NCBI GenBank assembly: GCA_012295275.1
Contig: CM022669.1
Span: 5,518,001 to 5,582,000, forward strand
Source: Chrysomallon squamiferum
Lineage: Eukaryota > Animalia > Mollusca
Direction: 5' to 3'
DNA: 64,000 nt
Position 1 is the first letter of the stretch. Each line of letters opens with the position of its first letter. A program made the position numbers and the translations under genes. The notes below the pieces were generated by a model. It was not told the DNA's origin. It made no database searches and saw only the letters and a program-made list of their open reading frames with translations. This document shows, piece after piece, positions 12,185 to 24,053 of this stretch.

Positions 12185-13392
12185 GTAGCAGTAATATTAA
12201 TAGTAGTAATTGACGCAGATATAGAGATAGTAATAGTAGTTGTGGTAAAAGTGGCGGTGGCTTTAATAGCAGTAATAGTAGGAGCAATATTAATAGCAGC
12301 AACACAGTAGTAATAGGGAAAGTAGTAGTAGAGGTAGTAGTAAAAGTAGTAGGAGTGGTAGTAGCAAACGTAGTGGTAGTACTTGTACTAGTGGTGAGAA
12401 TAGTAGTAGCAGCACTAGTAGAAACACTAGCAAACGTAGTAGAAATTGTAGTAGTTGTAGTAGTAGTTGAATGGTTGATTATTTGTTTTACCTGTCCTTG
12501 TTTTGTATTGTTTCTGTTACAGTTGACACCAGTTTGTGATTCGTCAACCATGCTGAGAACTTCGGTAAAAATTTATAATAATAATAATAGTAAAAATAAT
12601 AGTAAAATTAATAATAATATTAATAATAATATTAAAAATAATAATAATAATATTAATAATAGTAAAATTAATAATAATGATAATAATAATAATAAAAATA
12701 ACAGTACTATTAATAGTATTAGTAGACGTAGACCTAGTAATAGTAGTAGCTGCAATAATGTTGCTCGTTGTGACAGCAGTAATAGTAGCAGTAGTAGTAG
12801 AAGCAGTAGTGTAGCACTAGAAGTAATGGTAGTAGTAACGGTTGTAGTAGTGGCTGATATGATGATAGTAGAATTAATAGTACTAGTTGTAATAGTTTTA
12901 ATAGTAGTAGTAGCAGCAGCAACAGTAGTAGTACAATATTAATAACAGTTGTAGTGGTAGCTGAAGTAGCAGTAGTATTAGCAGCAGAAGTAGTGGAATG
13001 CTAGTAATAGTAGCTATAGTAGTAGTAGTAGCAGCAGTAGCAAACATTGTGATAGTAGTAGTTGTAGTAGTAGTTGAATATCCGATTATCTATTTTACTT
13101 GTCTGTGTTTTGTTTTGTAGTTTCTCACAGAACCTTTGCCTAGAATTCCGGTACGAATTTGTAATAATCATCACCATCATCTTTTTGATTGCAGTTATTA
13201 TTAGTAGTAGTATCATCATTATTAAAGCAATATTTTAAAAATACAGAATATGTACGTATTAAAATTATTATATACTTAAACAGCAGCGATCACAAAAATG
13301 AAGAAAAAGCATAAAGATACATAGATATATACTTACATTTATACACAGACACATACATATATACATACACACAGACACATACATACATAAAA

Positions 13393-13435
<43 letters not shown>

Positions 13436-13599
13436 GGTTTTTGTGTATATGTATGTTTATGTTTGTTGTTGTTTTTCTATTTTATTTATTGACTTATTTA
13501 TTTTATTTTATTTTTTTATTTATTTATTCGTTTATTTATTATTATTATTAATATTATTATTATAATTTTTTTTTTTTTTTTAAGAAGCGAGTATGGAAA

Positions 13600-14814
13600 A
13601 TGTTCATGCTTTGCATGTTTCTGATCATTGTGTCGTGTATCAACTACAAATACATGCTAAGATCGTCTAGTAAAAGTGTCCTTAAATTGACGTCAGATCG
13701 ACAGACAGATCTTATAACTGATATGGACGGTTTGAGACTTGACAGCGTAGCTGCTATTGGTAATGAACTCCACACCTTTAACATTCGCAAGGGAGGTAAC
13801 TCTTCCACCAGACCGGTCACGAAAGTGATATCGCCTAAGCGACAGAGATATTTGTTCTACCTGTGTGGTGGGAAATTATTTGGTTGCGGTGGTTGGGCGG
13901 ATCGCTTGAAAGGAATCATCATAACATACCTGATGTCGCAGGTAACCAACAGAACGTTTGGCATCAGTGTGACGCATCCTAAATGTGACCTAACTCGTTA
14001 CCTAAGACCCAATCGTGTCGCCTGGAACATCACGATTTCAGACGACACTTTGAAACGGAACAAAAACAGCGTGGGTCATCTAAGAGTGACTGATAGTAAA
14101 GAGTTTTATCACGCGGTACAGACAATGAATTTCGAAAACCTCTTTCAGAAAGACATTGAATATTTTCAAGCGAATTTGGACTATGTAACCTTGTTTAAAA
14201 ACAATTCTCGTTACTGGGCTCACACTTCGTGGATGAGGAACCTGACTAGAAGCAAAATTTACAGAAAACTGTTTGACGAGCTGTTTTCTCTCGCTCCTGA
14301 TCTCCAGGCTGAGCTGTCCTCGTTGATGAAGAAGGCCAAACCCACTGATTCGCATCAACTCGTTTGCTCTCAGATCAGAATGGGACGCAATCCATCCAAC
14401 CCGCACGATTCCCTCCTCAGTACTGAACGGTTGGTCGATGTTCCTAAAATTTGGCAGTTTTTAGAAAAATACAGAGATCCCGCAAAATACAGGATCTACG
14501 TCACTTCCGATTCCGAAGACATACGGAAAGAAGCACGTTCTCGTTTTGGAAGCATTCTGGTAGAAAACGACGGCCCGTCGGTCCACATCGACAGATTCAC
14601 CGACATCAACAACGTGTGCGCCGGCATGAGGAAAGTAATCCTTGATCAGCAGATTTTGGCACAGTGTGACGTGTTTCTGCTGACAAACAGCGGCCTGGGA
14701 CGCACGTCTGCCTATTTGAGACAGAAAGAGACAGGCCTCTTTTGTCTGGTGATGCATAATATAGTCAAATGTTACCCAGACTCACTCAAAGAACTGTATA
14801 ATGATTATGATTAG
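13600..14814 (+). CDS. Fucosyltransferase-like glycosyltransferase, copy 3
   Basis: 404-aa ORF with motifs intact; ends LYNDYD. Confidence 0.85.
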   Translation: MFMLCMFLIIVSCINYKYMLRSSSKSVLKLTSDRQTDLITDMDGLRLDSVAAIGNELHTFNIRKGGNSSTRPVTKVISPKRQRYLFYLCGGKLFGCGGWADRLKGIIITYLMSQVTNRTFGISVTHPKCDLTRYLRPNRVAWNITISDDTLKRNKNSVGHLRVTDSKEFYHAVQTMNFENLFQKDIEYFQANLDYVTLFKNNSRYWAHTSWMRNLTRSKIYRKLFDELFSLAPDLQAELSSLMKKAKPTDSHQLVCSQIRMGRNPSNPHDSLLSTERLVDVPKIWQFLEKYRDPAKYRIYVTSDSEDIRKEARSRFGSILVENDGPSVHIDRFTDINNVCAGMRKVILDQQILAQCDVFLLTNSGLGRTSAYLRQKETGLFCLVMHNIVKCYPDSLKELYNDYD

Positions 14815-14910
14815 ATAAAAATTCCAAATAATATAGTTCGCTCAAAGAACTGTATAATGTTTATGGTTAGATAAAACTTCAAAATAATGTATTTCACTCA
14901 AGGAACTGTG
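14785..14910 (+). repeat. Same 56-bp minisatellite in FucT copy 3 (2 units plus a partial unit)
   Basis: Unit starts at 14785, 14841 and 14897. Confidence 0.9.
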
Positions 14911-15177
14911 TGACGTTTACACGTACTCAGGCACACATGCACACAGACTCGAACTCACAGACTAGAAACAAAAATGGGAGAAGCTAGAAAACGAAAAGAA
15001 AATTAATAGTAATAATGTAACTGATTTTGTATATCTGCTGGACAGATTAAATAACAGAAAATTTACATTTTATTATATTTCAATCAGTTCTCGAGAATAT
15101 CACAAATAAATCTGTAAATTTATTTTTTTAATTCTTTGTTTTTTCTTTGTCTTCAGCCATCTCTTTTCTTCATGTTA

Positions 15178-16893
15178 TTATCGTCTCTGCAGTCTCACAA
15201 TACTCGAATCCGTATTTGCGCGAACACGTAGTTGCGCATAGTCCGGAAGTGACGTAAGAACAGGTGTATCTGATTTATTTTGTGCAATAAGTTGTTTGAT
15301 CGTCTTTGTATCAGAGGCCATTACTTCGTAAAAGTAGGAGGAGCTGTGGATGTAGAAAATAAACAAATAAATTAATTTTATATTCCTTTTAATAATACGA
15401 AACAACAACTGTGGAATCCAGTTATTGAAAGAGTAAAGATACAATTTAACATTAACAGAAAATGTTTATTTTTATTTTTTTGTATTCCTTCTTTCTTTCT
15501 TTGTTTTGTTTTGTTTTTATAACATTTATATTTAGTAAAATAATGTGAAAACATTACAACTACGTTTTTTAACTTAAAAAAACAAACAAAAAACAACAAT
15601 AGTCTTAAATTCTAAGAAAAAACAAAACAAAAATAAAACAACAACCAACAAATAATGATAACAATACCCCACAAAAAAACCCAAAATGAAAACAAAAAAA
15701 CTAGAATGAATAAATGTTTAACGAAAAAACATAGGTAAATACAACAAAATGATGACGAACAAAGATAGAAGTAAAAAGGTATGTGTATATTACGTATGTG
15801 TAAACTGAAATAACTGAATGATAAATAGAAGCATACGCATACTAATCCAGTGATGATCTATAGGCAAACTTCCAGCTAGTGCTGTGATTAGCGAACCACG
15901 TTTTAAAGGCACAGTGCCGATGGTAATGTCGACAGCTACGTGAAGTCGTTTTAGCGATATTCTTCCAGGTTTTGTGTTCAGCTGTGAAAAAAAATATATA
16001 TCGTTTTTAAACAGTGCAATGACAGTTAGCGTGTAAAATTACTTGTATGTTAATGTAGAAATGTTGGAAATAATCTGTGTGCGCGCGGTGTTTTGTTTTG
16101 AAAATGTGTGAGTGTCTCAGTGTGTGACTAGTTGGCTGACTAGCATCGTGAATTGTGAATAATTGATTTGTTGAAAGGAAATGAAATTCAGTGTGTTAAA
16201 AGAGTGGATGAATATTTCTCTGATCAATTTGTAACTTAGGTTTGTTCGCTTGCGACAGATGGTGAAAAGAAAGAATGTAAGGAAGAAAGAAACAAACGAA
16301 GGAAGGAAGGAAGAACGTAAGAAAAAGACGAAAGAAAGAAAGAAAAAATAAATAAATAAAAGATAAAAATTATGTAACATACCTAAATTAATAATTTCAT
16401 TTTTTATTTGGGCCGATCACTAAATCCTTATATTTCTGTCATTTCTATATATTTCTTCATCTTCTTTTTCTCCTTTCCTCTCTTGGTCTGTAATCTCCTA
16501 ACTAGAACTGAACTTAAAGAAGGACAACATTCAGTCCAGTGTACGAAATAGCGTAATTACTAACAGATTGTCTCTTGCTGATTGAAATGCCTGGTTGAAA
16601 TTTCTGAAAGGTGATTTTCACCGAAAGTCAGTCTACACTCATGTGTTCGTTTACAATGTTTCGACTGCAGTTCTGTTTTAAACTACGTCATTAATCTACG
16701 AATCAAATGAAAACAGACGTCATAAATCTGCTTCGTAATGTGTACACGTGTCATTACATTCTCATTTCAGTTTGCTCCCCTTTGCTGAGTCGCTGCGAAA
16801 CAAAACTAAACACTTCAGAGGTCGATAATTGACAGCTGAGACTTACCTTGTACTTGTAAATACTTGTAAATCAAAACATGACAACTTTCCCAT
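15178..16893 (-). pseudogene. Internally deleted alpha-arrestin copy 3 (exon1 remnant 16847-16893, exon6 15843-15981, exon7 15178-15343)
   Basis: Exon1 has an 81-nt deletion plus a 10-nt duplication (tacttgtaaa x2). Exon7 is 166 nt, with a 1-nt deletion at the PPTY codons. Confidence 0.8.
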
Positions 16894-18011
16894 TTTCAGA
16901 ATCAAATGATCTCCCTTCTCTACTGTCGTCTTTGAATAAGAATCGATAAAAATAATTGTGGAAGAAAAAGGAAAGCAAGAAAGAAAGAAAAACAATGTGT
17001 TTATATTCATTAGGAGATTGTATCGCTGAAACGTGTATGTAGTCAGGTGATTCAGTGTTTTCTTTCCTCTTACAAACCTGTAGGAAAAAACAAAGACAGG
17101 TAGGTTTCTTCAATTCCGGGAATAACTTTATTTTCGTTTACGTAATATTACTGATTTGGTCTCTTAATTTGGTCTCTTAATTTGGTAATTTCAGTATGCT
17201 TGAACGCAACAATAAACTAAATAATAAAATAAAAATAAAATAAATTAAAAGGTAAAAATCTGTGCTTCATCTTTCAAATTTAATAATAAAAAAAATAATA
17301 ATAATAATAATAAAAATAAGAAGAATAATAAGAAGAAGAATAATAAAAATAATAATAATAATAATACAACAACAACAATAATAATAATAATAATAATATT
17401 AACAATAATAATAATAATAATATTAATAATAATAGTAATAATAGTAGCAGTAATATTAATAGTAGTAATAGACGCAGATATAGATATAGTAATAGTAGTA
17501 GTGGTAATAGTGGCGGTGGTTTTAATAGCAGTAATAGTAGCAGTAGTAGCAACAGTAGGAGCAATATTAATTGCAGCAACACAGTAGTAATAGTGGAAGT
17601 AGTAGTAGTTCTAGTAGTAAAAGTAGTAGCAGTGGGAATAGCAAAAGTAGTAGCAGTAATAGTAGCAGTAGTAGCAATAGTAGTAGCAACCGTAGGAGCA
17701 ATATTAATTGCAGCAACACAGTAGTAATAGTGGAAGTAGTAGTACAGGTAGTAGTAAAAGTAGTACCAATGGTAGTACCAAAAGTAGTAGCAGTGGTAGT
17801 AGCAAACGTAGAGGTAGTACTTGTACTAGTAGTGACAATAGTAGTATCAGCACTAGTAGAAACACTAGCAAACGTAGTAGAAATAGTAGTAGTTGTAGTA
17901 GTAGTTGAATGGTTGATTATTTATTTTACCTGTCCATGTTTTGTATTGCTTCTGTTACAGCTGACACCAGTTTGTGATTCGTCAATCATGCTGACAACTT
18001 TGGTATGAATT

Positions 18012-18055
<44 letters not shown>

Positions 18056-18889
18056 TAAAAGTAGTATTAATAGTAGTAGTAGACGTAGACCTAGTAACAG
18101 AAGTAGTTGTAATAATGTTGGTGGTTGTGACACCAGTAATAATAGCAGTAGTAGTAGAAGCAGTAGTGATAGCACTAGAAGTAATGGTAGTAGTAACGGA
18201 TGTAGTAGTTGCTGATGTGATGATAGTAGTATTAATAGTATTAGTTGTAATAGTTTTAATAGTAGTAGTAGCAGCAGCAATAGTAGCAGAAGTAGTAGTA
18301 ACAGCAGCAACAGTAGCAGTAGCAATATTAATAACAATTGTAGTGGTAGCTGAAGTAGGAATAGTATTAGCAGCTGTATTGTAATGCTAGTAGTAGTAGC
18401 GATAGTACTAGTAGTAGTAGCAGCAGTAGCAAACGTTGTGATACTAGTAGTTATAGTACTAGTTGAATATTTGATTATTTATTTTATTTGTGAGTGTTTC
18501 GTTTTGAGGTTTGTCACACGATCTTTGCCTAGAATTCCAGTAGGAATTTGTAATAATAATCATCATCATCACCATCATCTTTTTGATTGCAGTTGTTATT
18601 AGTACCATCATTATTAAATCAATATTTTAAAAACACAGAATATGTACATATTAAAATTATTACATACTGAAACAACAGCGATCACAAAAATGATGAAAAA
18701 ACATACAGATACATACATATTTACATACATACATACCTGTACATACATACATACATACGAAAAAGGAACCTCAGAAAAATGTGTGTAAATATGTATGTAT
18801 GTATGGGTTCTTGTGTATATGTGTGTATGTTTATATGTTTGTTGTTGTTTTTCTTTTTTATTTATTCACTTATTTATTTATTTATGTAT

Positions 18890-18924
<35 letters not shown>

Positions 18925-19005
18925 TTATTTATTCGTTTATTTATCATTATTATTGCTATCATTATTAAAAGTTTTGGTGGGTTTTTTCAGAATGGAGTAT
19001 GGAAA

Positions 19006-20220
19006 ATGTTCAGGCTTTGCATGTTTCTGATCATTGTGTGCTGTATCAGCTACAGATACATGCTAAGATCGTCTAGTAAAATTCTCCCTAAAGTGACGTC
19101 AGATCGACAGACAGATTTTATAACTGCTCTGGACGGTTTGAAACTTGACAGCGTAGCTGCTGCTAGAAATGAACTGCACACCAGTAACATTCGCAAGGGA
19201 GGTAACTCTTCCACCAGACCGGTCACGAAAGTGATAACGCCTAAGCGACAGAGATATTTGTTCTACCTGTGTGGTGGGAAATTACTTGGTTGCGGTGGTT
19301 GGGCGGATCGCTTGAAAGGAATCATCATAACATACCTGATGTCGCAGGTAACCAACAGAACGTTTGGCATCAGTGTGACGCATCCGAAATGTGATCTAAC
19401 TAGTTACCTAAGACCCAATCGCGTCGATTGGAACATCACGATTTCAGACGACACTTTGAAACGGTACAACAACAGCGTGGGTTCTCAAAGAGTGACTGAC
19501 AATAGACAGTTTTATCACGCTGTACAGACAATGAATTTCGAAGAGTTCTTTCAGAAAGACATAGAATATTTTCAAGCGAATATGGACTATGTGACATTGT
19601 TTAAAAACAATTCTCGTTACTGGGCTCACACTTCGTGGATGAGGAACCTGACTAGAAGCAAAATTTACAGAAAACTGTTTGACGAGCTGTTTTCTCTCGC
19701 TCCTGATCTCCAGGCTGAACTGTCCGCGCTGATGAAGAAGGCCAAACCCACTGATTCGCATCAACTCGTTTGCTCTCAGATCAGAATGGGACGCAATCCA
19801 TCCAACCCGCACGATTCCGTCGTCAGAACTGAACGGCTGGTCGATGTTCCTGTAATTTGGCAGTTTTTAGAAAAATACAGAGATCCCGCAAAATACAGGA
19901 TCTACGTCACTTCCGATTCCGAAGACATACGGAAAGAAGCACGTTCTCGTTTTGGAAGCATTCTGGTAGAAAACGAGGGCCCGTCGGTCCACATCGACAA
20001 ATTCACCGACAGCGACAACGTGTGCGCCGGCATGAGGAAAGTAATCCTTGATCAGCAGATTTTGGCGCAGTGTGACGTGTTTCTGCTGACAAACAGCGGC
20101 CTGGGACGCACGTCTGCCTATTTGAGACAGAAAGAAACAGGCCTCTTTTGTCTGGTGATGCATAATATTGTCAAATGTTACCCAAACTCACTCAAAGAAC
20201 TGTACAATGTTTGTGGTTAG
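19006..20220 (+). CDS. Fucosyltransferase-like glycosyltransferase, copy 4
   Basis: The ATG homologous to the other copies is at 19006, giving 404 aa. Acceptor ttttcag at 18990. The ORF-track extension from 18781 is intronic microsatellite. Confidence 0.85.
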   Translation: MFRLCMFLIIVCCISYRYMLRSSSKILPKVTSDRQTDFITALDGLKLDSVAAARNELHTSNIRKGGNSSTRPVTKVITPKRQRYLFYLCGGKLLGCGGWADRLKGIIITYLMSQVTNRTFGISVTHPKCDLTSYLRPNRVDWNITISDDTLKRYNNSVGSQRVTDNRQFYHAVQTMNFEEFFQKDIEYFQANMDYVTLFKNNSRYWAHTSWMRNLTRSKIYRKLFDELFSLAPDLQAELSALMKKAKPTDSHQLVCSQIRMGRNPSNPHDSVVRTERLVDVPVIWQFLEKYRDPAKYRIYVTSDSEDIRKEARSRFGSILVENEGPSVHIDKFTDSDNVCAGMRKVILDQQILAQCDVFLLTNSGLGRTSAYLRQKETGLFCLVMHNIVKCYPNSLKELYNVCG

Positions 20221-20428
20221 GTAAAATTTCAAAAAAATGTACTTCGCTCAAAGAAGTGTATAATGTTTATGGTTAGATAAAAATTCAAAATAATGTGGTT
20301 CACTCAAAGAACTGTATTATGTTTATGGTTAGATTAAAATTCAAAATAATGTAGTTCACTCAAAGAACTGTATAATGTTTATGGTTAGATAAAACTTCAA
20401 AATAATGTATTTCACTCGAAGAACTCTG
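20191..20428 (+). repeat. 56-bp minisatellite spanning the FucT copy 4 stop codon (4 units plus a partial unit)
   Basis: ctcaaagaactgtataatgtttatggttag... starts at 20191, 20247, 20303, 20359 and 20415. Confidence 0.9.
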
Positions 20429-20688
20429 TGAAGTTTCCACGTATTCAGGCACACATGCACACACGCTCGAACTCATAGACACGAAACACTAATGGGAGCA
20501 GCTGGAAAACGAAAAGAAAATTAATAGTAATAATGTAACTGATTTTGTATATCTGCTGGACAGATTAAATAACAAAAAATTTACATTTTATTATATTTTA
20601 ATCAGTTCTCGAGAAATAAATGTGTGATAACTTATTTTTTAATTCTTCGTTCTTTCTTTATCTTCAGCCATCTCTTTTCTTCATGTCA

Positions 20689-20855
20689 TTATCTTCTCTG
20701 CAATCTCACAATACTCGAATCCGTATTTGCGCGAGCACGTAGTTGCGCATAGTCCGGAAGTGACGTGAGATCAGGCGTTTCTGATTTATTTTGTGCAATA
20801 AGTTGTTTGATCGTCTTTGTTTCAGAAGCCATTACTTCGTCATAAGTTGGAGGAG
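20689..20855 (-). CDS. Alpha-arrestin exon 7 (PY-motif tail, stop)
   Basis: TPPTYDEVMAS...SLPDYAQ...LQRR*. The seven exons sum to 1143 nt, i.e. 380 aa plus stop. Confidence 0.85.
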
Positions 20856-21042
20856 CTGTGGATGTAGAAAATAAAGAAATAAATTAACACCAAAAAACCC
20901 GATAAAAACCAACAAAACTAGAATGAATAAATGTTTAACGAAAAAACATAAGTAAATACAACAAAATGGTGAAGAACAAAGATAGAAGTAAAAACGTATG
21001 TGTAAACTGAAATAACTGAATGATAAATAAGCATACGCATAC

Positions 21043-21181
21043 TAATCCAGTGATGATCTATAGGCAAACTTCCAGCTAGTGCTGTGATTAGCGAACCACG
21101 TCTTAAAGGCACAGTGCCGATGGTAATGTCGACAGCTACGTGAAGTCGTTTTAGCGATATTCTTCCAGGTTTTATCTTCAG
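21043..21181 (-). CDS. Alpha-arrestin exon 6
   Basis: LKIKPGRISLKRLHVAVDITIGTVPL contains the I.IGT.P motif; 139 nt. Confidence 0.85.
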
Positions 21182-21399
21182 CTGTGAAAAAAATATATCT
21201 CGTTTTTAAACAGTGCAATGACAGTTAGCGTGTAAAATTACTTGTATGTTAAAGTAGAAATGTTGGAAATACTCAGTGTGCGCGCGGTGTGTTTGTTTAT
21301 GAAAATCTGTGAGTGTCTCAATGTGTGTGTTTGTTTGTTTGTGAGTATATATTTCATTTTTAAACTGTGGTAGGAATCAAGGTTTTTCAGATCAAGAAT

Positions 21400-22049
21400 T
21401 TCTTATTGACGTTCATTTTTCTTCAGTGACATGTTACAATTTAACGTTTCTAATTTGATAATCACCATAGCAACAGCCGAAAAAAAAAAAAAAAAAAAGT
21501 AGGAAAGAAGCAGGATTTCTCGAATATTTAAATTAGTATCTATGTGCGTGTCTGTGAGTTTTCTAGCATCTGTTTATGACTTTTATGTTTGTTTGCGTAT
21601 GTATGTATGTATGCGTGTATTGACATATGTAGTTTATGATCTTGAATATTCTTTGTCTGCACATAGACAGTATTCGAGAACGCACTGGCGCAGGAGGACA
21701 AAGTCCAATCATGACCTCACAAACCCGTCAGATGCCGCTGACGAGTCTTGAACGCATGACACCCATTCACCCGCACTCTGAAAGACGGACGATGTTAACC
21801 ATTCGGCCACCGAGACAATCTTTGAAAAGTTTTCTCAATAACCGAGTTAATCATCGCTTCCCACAAAGCACGCCGTTCTTTGTGTTTCATCATTCTTTTG
21901 TGCATCTATATTTTGTGGGAGACCTGGCACTGTCAGGTATCTAGTTTAGGATTTTGAATATTCTTTGTTATTTCTAACTGACGTCCATTTTTCTTCACTG
22001 ACATGTTAGAATTTAATGTTGTTAATTTGTTAATCGCCATAGCAACATC

Positions 22050-22080
<31 letters not shown>

Positions 22081-22150
22081 TAATTTTTAAAAAAATCCAA
22101 AATTTGTTCTCGAATATTCAGATTTGTATCTGTGTGCGTGTGAGTTACCG
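21400..22150. repeat. ~170-bp imperfect direct repeat (about 21400-21560 and 21970-22150) flanking a SINE copy
   Basis: tgacgt(t/c)catttttcttca(g/c)tgacatgtta...atagcaaca-polyA...tctcgaatatt occurs twice. Confidence 0.75.
21627..21900 (-). mobile_element. tRNA-derived SINE-like element, copy A (in arrestin intron 5)
   Basis: Reverse complement of 44575-44800. A-box-like TGGCCGAATGG, B-box-like GTTCAAGAC, and a (TACA)n tail. Confidence 0.7.
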
Positions 22151-22426
22151 TTCCACACACCGAGACAACCTTGTATGTATGTATGTATGTATGTATGTAT
22201 GTATGTATGTATGTATGTATGTTTTTGTATGTATGTATGTATGTAGATATGCTTGTATATATGTATGTATGTATATATGTTTGTAGATATGTAGGTATGT
22301 ATGTAGATGTATATGTAGATGTATGTATGTAGAAATGTATGTTTGTAGGTATGTATGTACGTAATACGTTACTGTAACAGAAGATCATACAAAGAAACAA
22401 GTATAATGCAAATAGGAACTACGTAC

Positions 22427-22609
22427 GACAACTTGATATGTGATGTCAATGATGTTGCAGCCGTGTAGATGTGATGGCGGGCACGTCGGCACACGCAGTT
22501 TGTGTTCACGTTGTTCAAACGTGGTTTTAGCAGCCACTTTTGGATATTTTATTATCTGCAGTCTGTTCGTCTGTGTGTGTGTGATACTTTGACATCGATA
22601 TTCGCTCAG
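22427..22609 (-). CDS. Alpha-arrestin exon 5
   Basis: LRVPTCPPSHLHGCNIIDITYQV, typical of Arrestin_C; 183 nt with AG/GT boundaries. Confidence 0.9.
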
Positions 22610-22833
22610 CTGTAAATAAATAAGTAAATAAACAAACAAACAAACAAACAAAAAGGATGAATGAATGAATGAAGAAATAAAGAAGTTAATAACTCAGATT
22701 TAAATAATTATAAACAAAGGAAAGTAAGAAAGAAAGAAAGAAAGAAAGAAAGAAATTCTATAAACTACTCAAACTGAAATAATAAATTGTAAACAAACAA
22801 GAAACCAAACAAACAAATAATTAATTAAATAAC

Positions 22834-22911
<78 letters not shown>

Positions 22912-23160
22912 TTAATAATAAATAAATAAATAAACAAATAAACAAAAAAAATGAAAATGGGCAGTGTATGATTGCGAAAAATACATACATACATACATAG
23001 TTATTTTTAAAATGTATGTTTACAAACTATATTTAAAGTGCCGCTCATTAACTCCAAATCGTTTTTCTATTCATTCTTCAACAGAATAAAAGTTCAAAGG
23101 AAATTTTTGCAGTCATACACTTGCCGACTACTTAAGTATACTAATTATAATTCTGCAAAC

Positions 23161-23340
23161 CATGCGCAACTCAAGGGACACAATCACTTGTTTAGTGGTG
23201 TTGTTATGGACAACGAGACTGAGAGGTATTATCTCCCCTGGCACATAGCCCTGTCTGTCTAGACGTAGTGCGCTATGACACAAACCTTCTTGTGAGAACA
23301 GAGAACATACTGTCATTTCATCCGACTTTTCAACCTGACT
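23161..23340 (-). CDS. Alpha-arrestin exon 4 (Arrestin_C start)
   Basis: LRLDRQGYVPGEIIPLSLVVHNNT signature; 180 nt. Confidence 0.9.
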
Positions 23341-23343
23341 CTG

Positions 23344-23374
<31 letters not shown>

Positions 23375-23561
23375 ATCAGTTACTAATTAAATAATAAAAT
23401 GAACAAATAAACAAGAAAAATATATTACTGAGTATGTAACATACACACATCACAATATATATATATATAAAATTCATTTTTATCAGTACATACATTTTTA
23501 AAATCACCAATAAAAGGAGAAAATCTGCCAGTTAAATTGTATAAATGGGAGAAACAATACC

Positions 23562-23725
<164 letters not shown>

Positions 23726-23847
23726 TCTATAAACTAAAAGAACATCATCAAAGCAACACCATTAACAACAACTACTACACAAGATAGTAACAAAATAACA
23801 AAATCATCAGCAGTAACAACAACAGTAATTTTGATAATATAAATTAC

Positions 23848-24053
23848 ATTTGCGTCGTCTACGAAGTTGAGGTCAAGTCTTGAGGTCACTCGAACCGGGC
23901 GTGTGACGGTTTCCTCCTCCCAGTAATTCGTCAGTCGAGATTTCAGTATGTACCGGACATAGCCGAACTCTCCTTCGTACGAATTCGGGCAACATGACGG
24001 AATTTGAAATCGAAACCGAAACTTGTGTTTTCCTTTTCTAAGAGGATCATTGC
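23848..24053 (-). CDS. Alpha-arrestin exon 3 (Arrestin_N signature)
   Basis: GKHKFRFRFQIPSCCPNSYEGEFGYVRYILKS matches the G.H.F.F.F.LP...SFEG..G.VRY signature; 206 nt, phases consistent. Confidence 0.9.

Larger units (their letters stand above)
1..21320. repeat. Tandem segmental duplication array (unit = FucT-like gene + alpha-arrestin remnant)
   Basis: ATG-to-ATG spacings are 6210, 6206 and 5406 nt. Coding and non-coding sequence are collinear between units. The array starts mid-unit at the window edge and may extend to the left. Confidence 0.95.

Noticed and set aside
18781-19005. 75-aa N-terminal extension of FucT copy 4
   Set aside because: It runs through (TATT)n/(TATG)n intron sequence upstream of the conserved acceptor at 18990.
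20191-20428. Regularly spaced repeats resembling a CRISPR array
   Set aside because: The units are wholly repeated with no unique spacers, the context is eukaryotic, and there are no cas genes.
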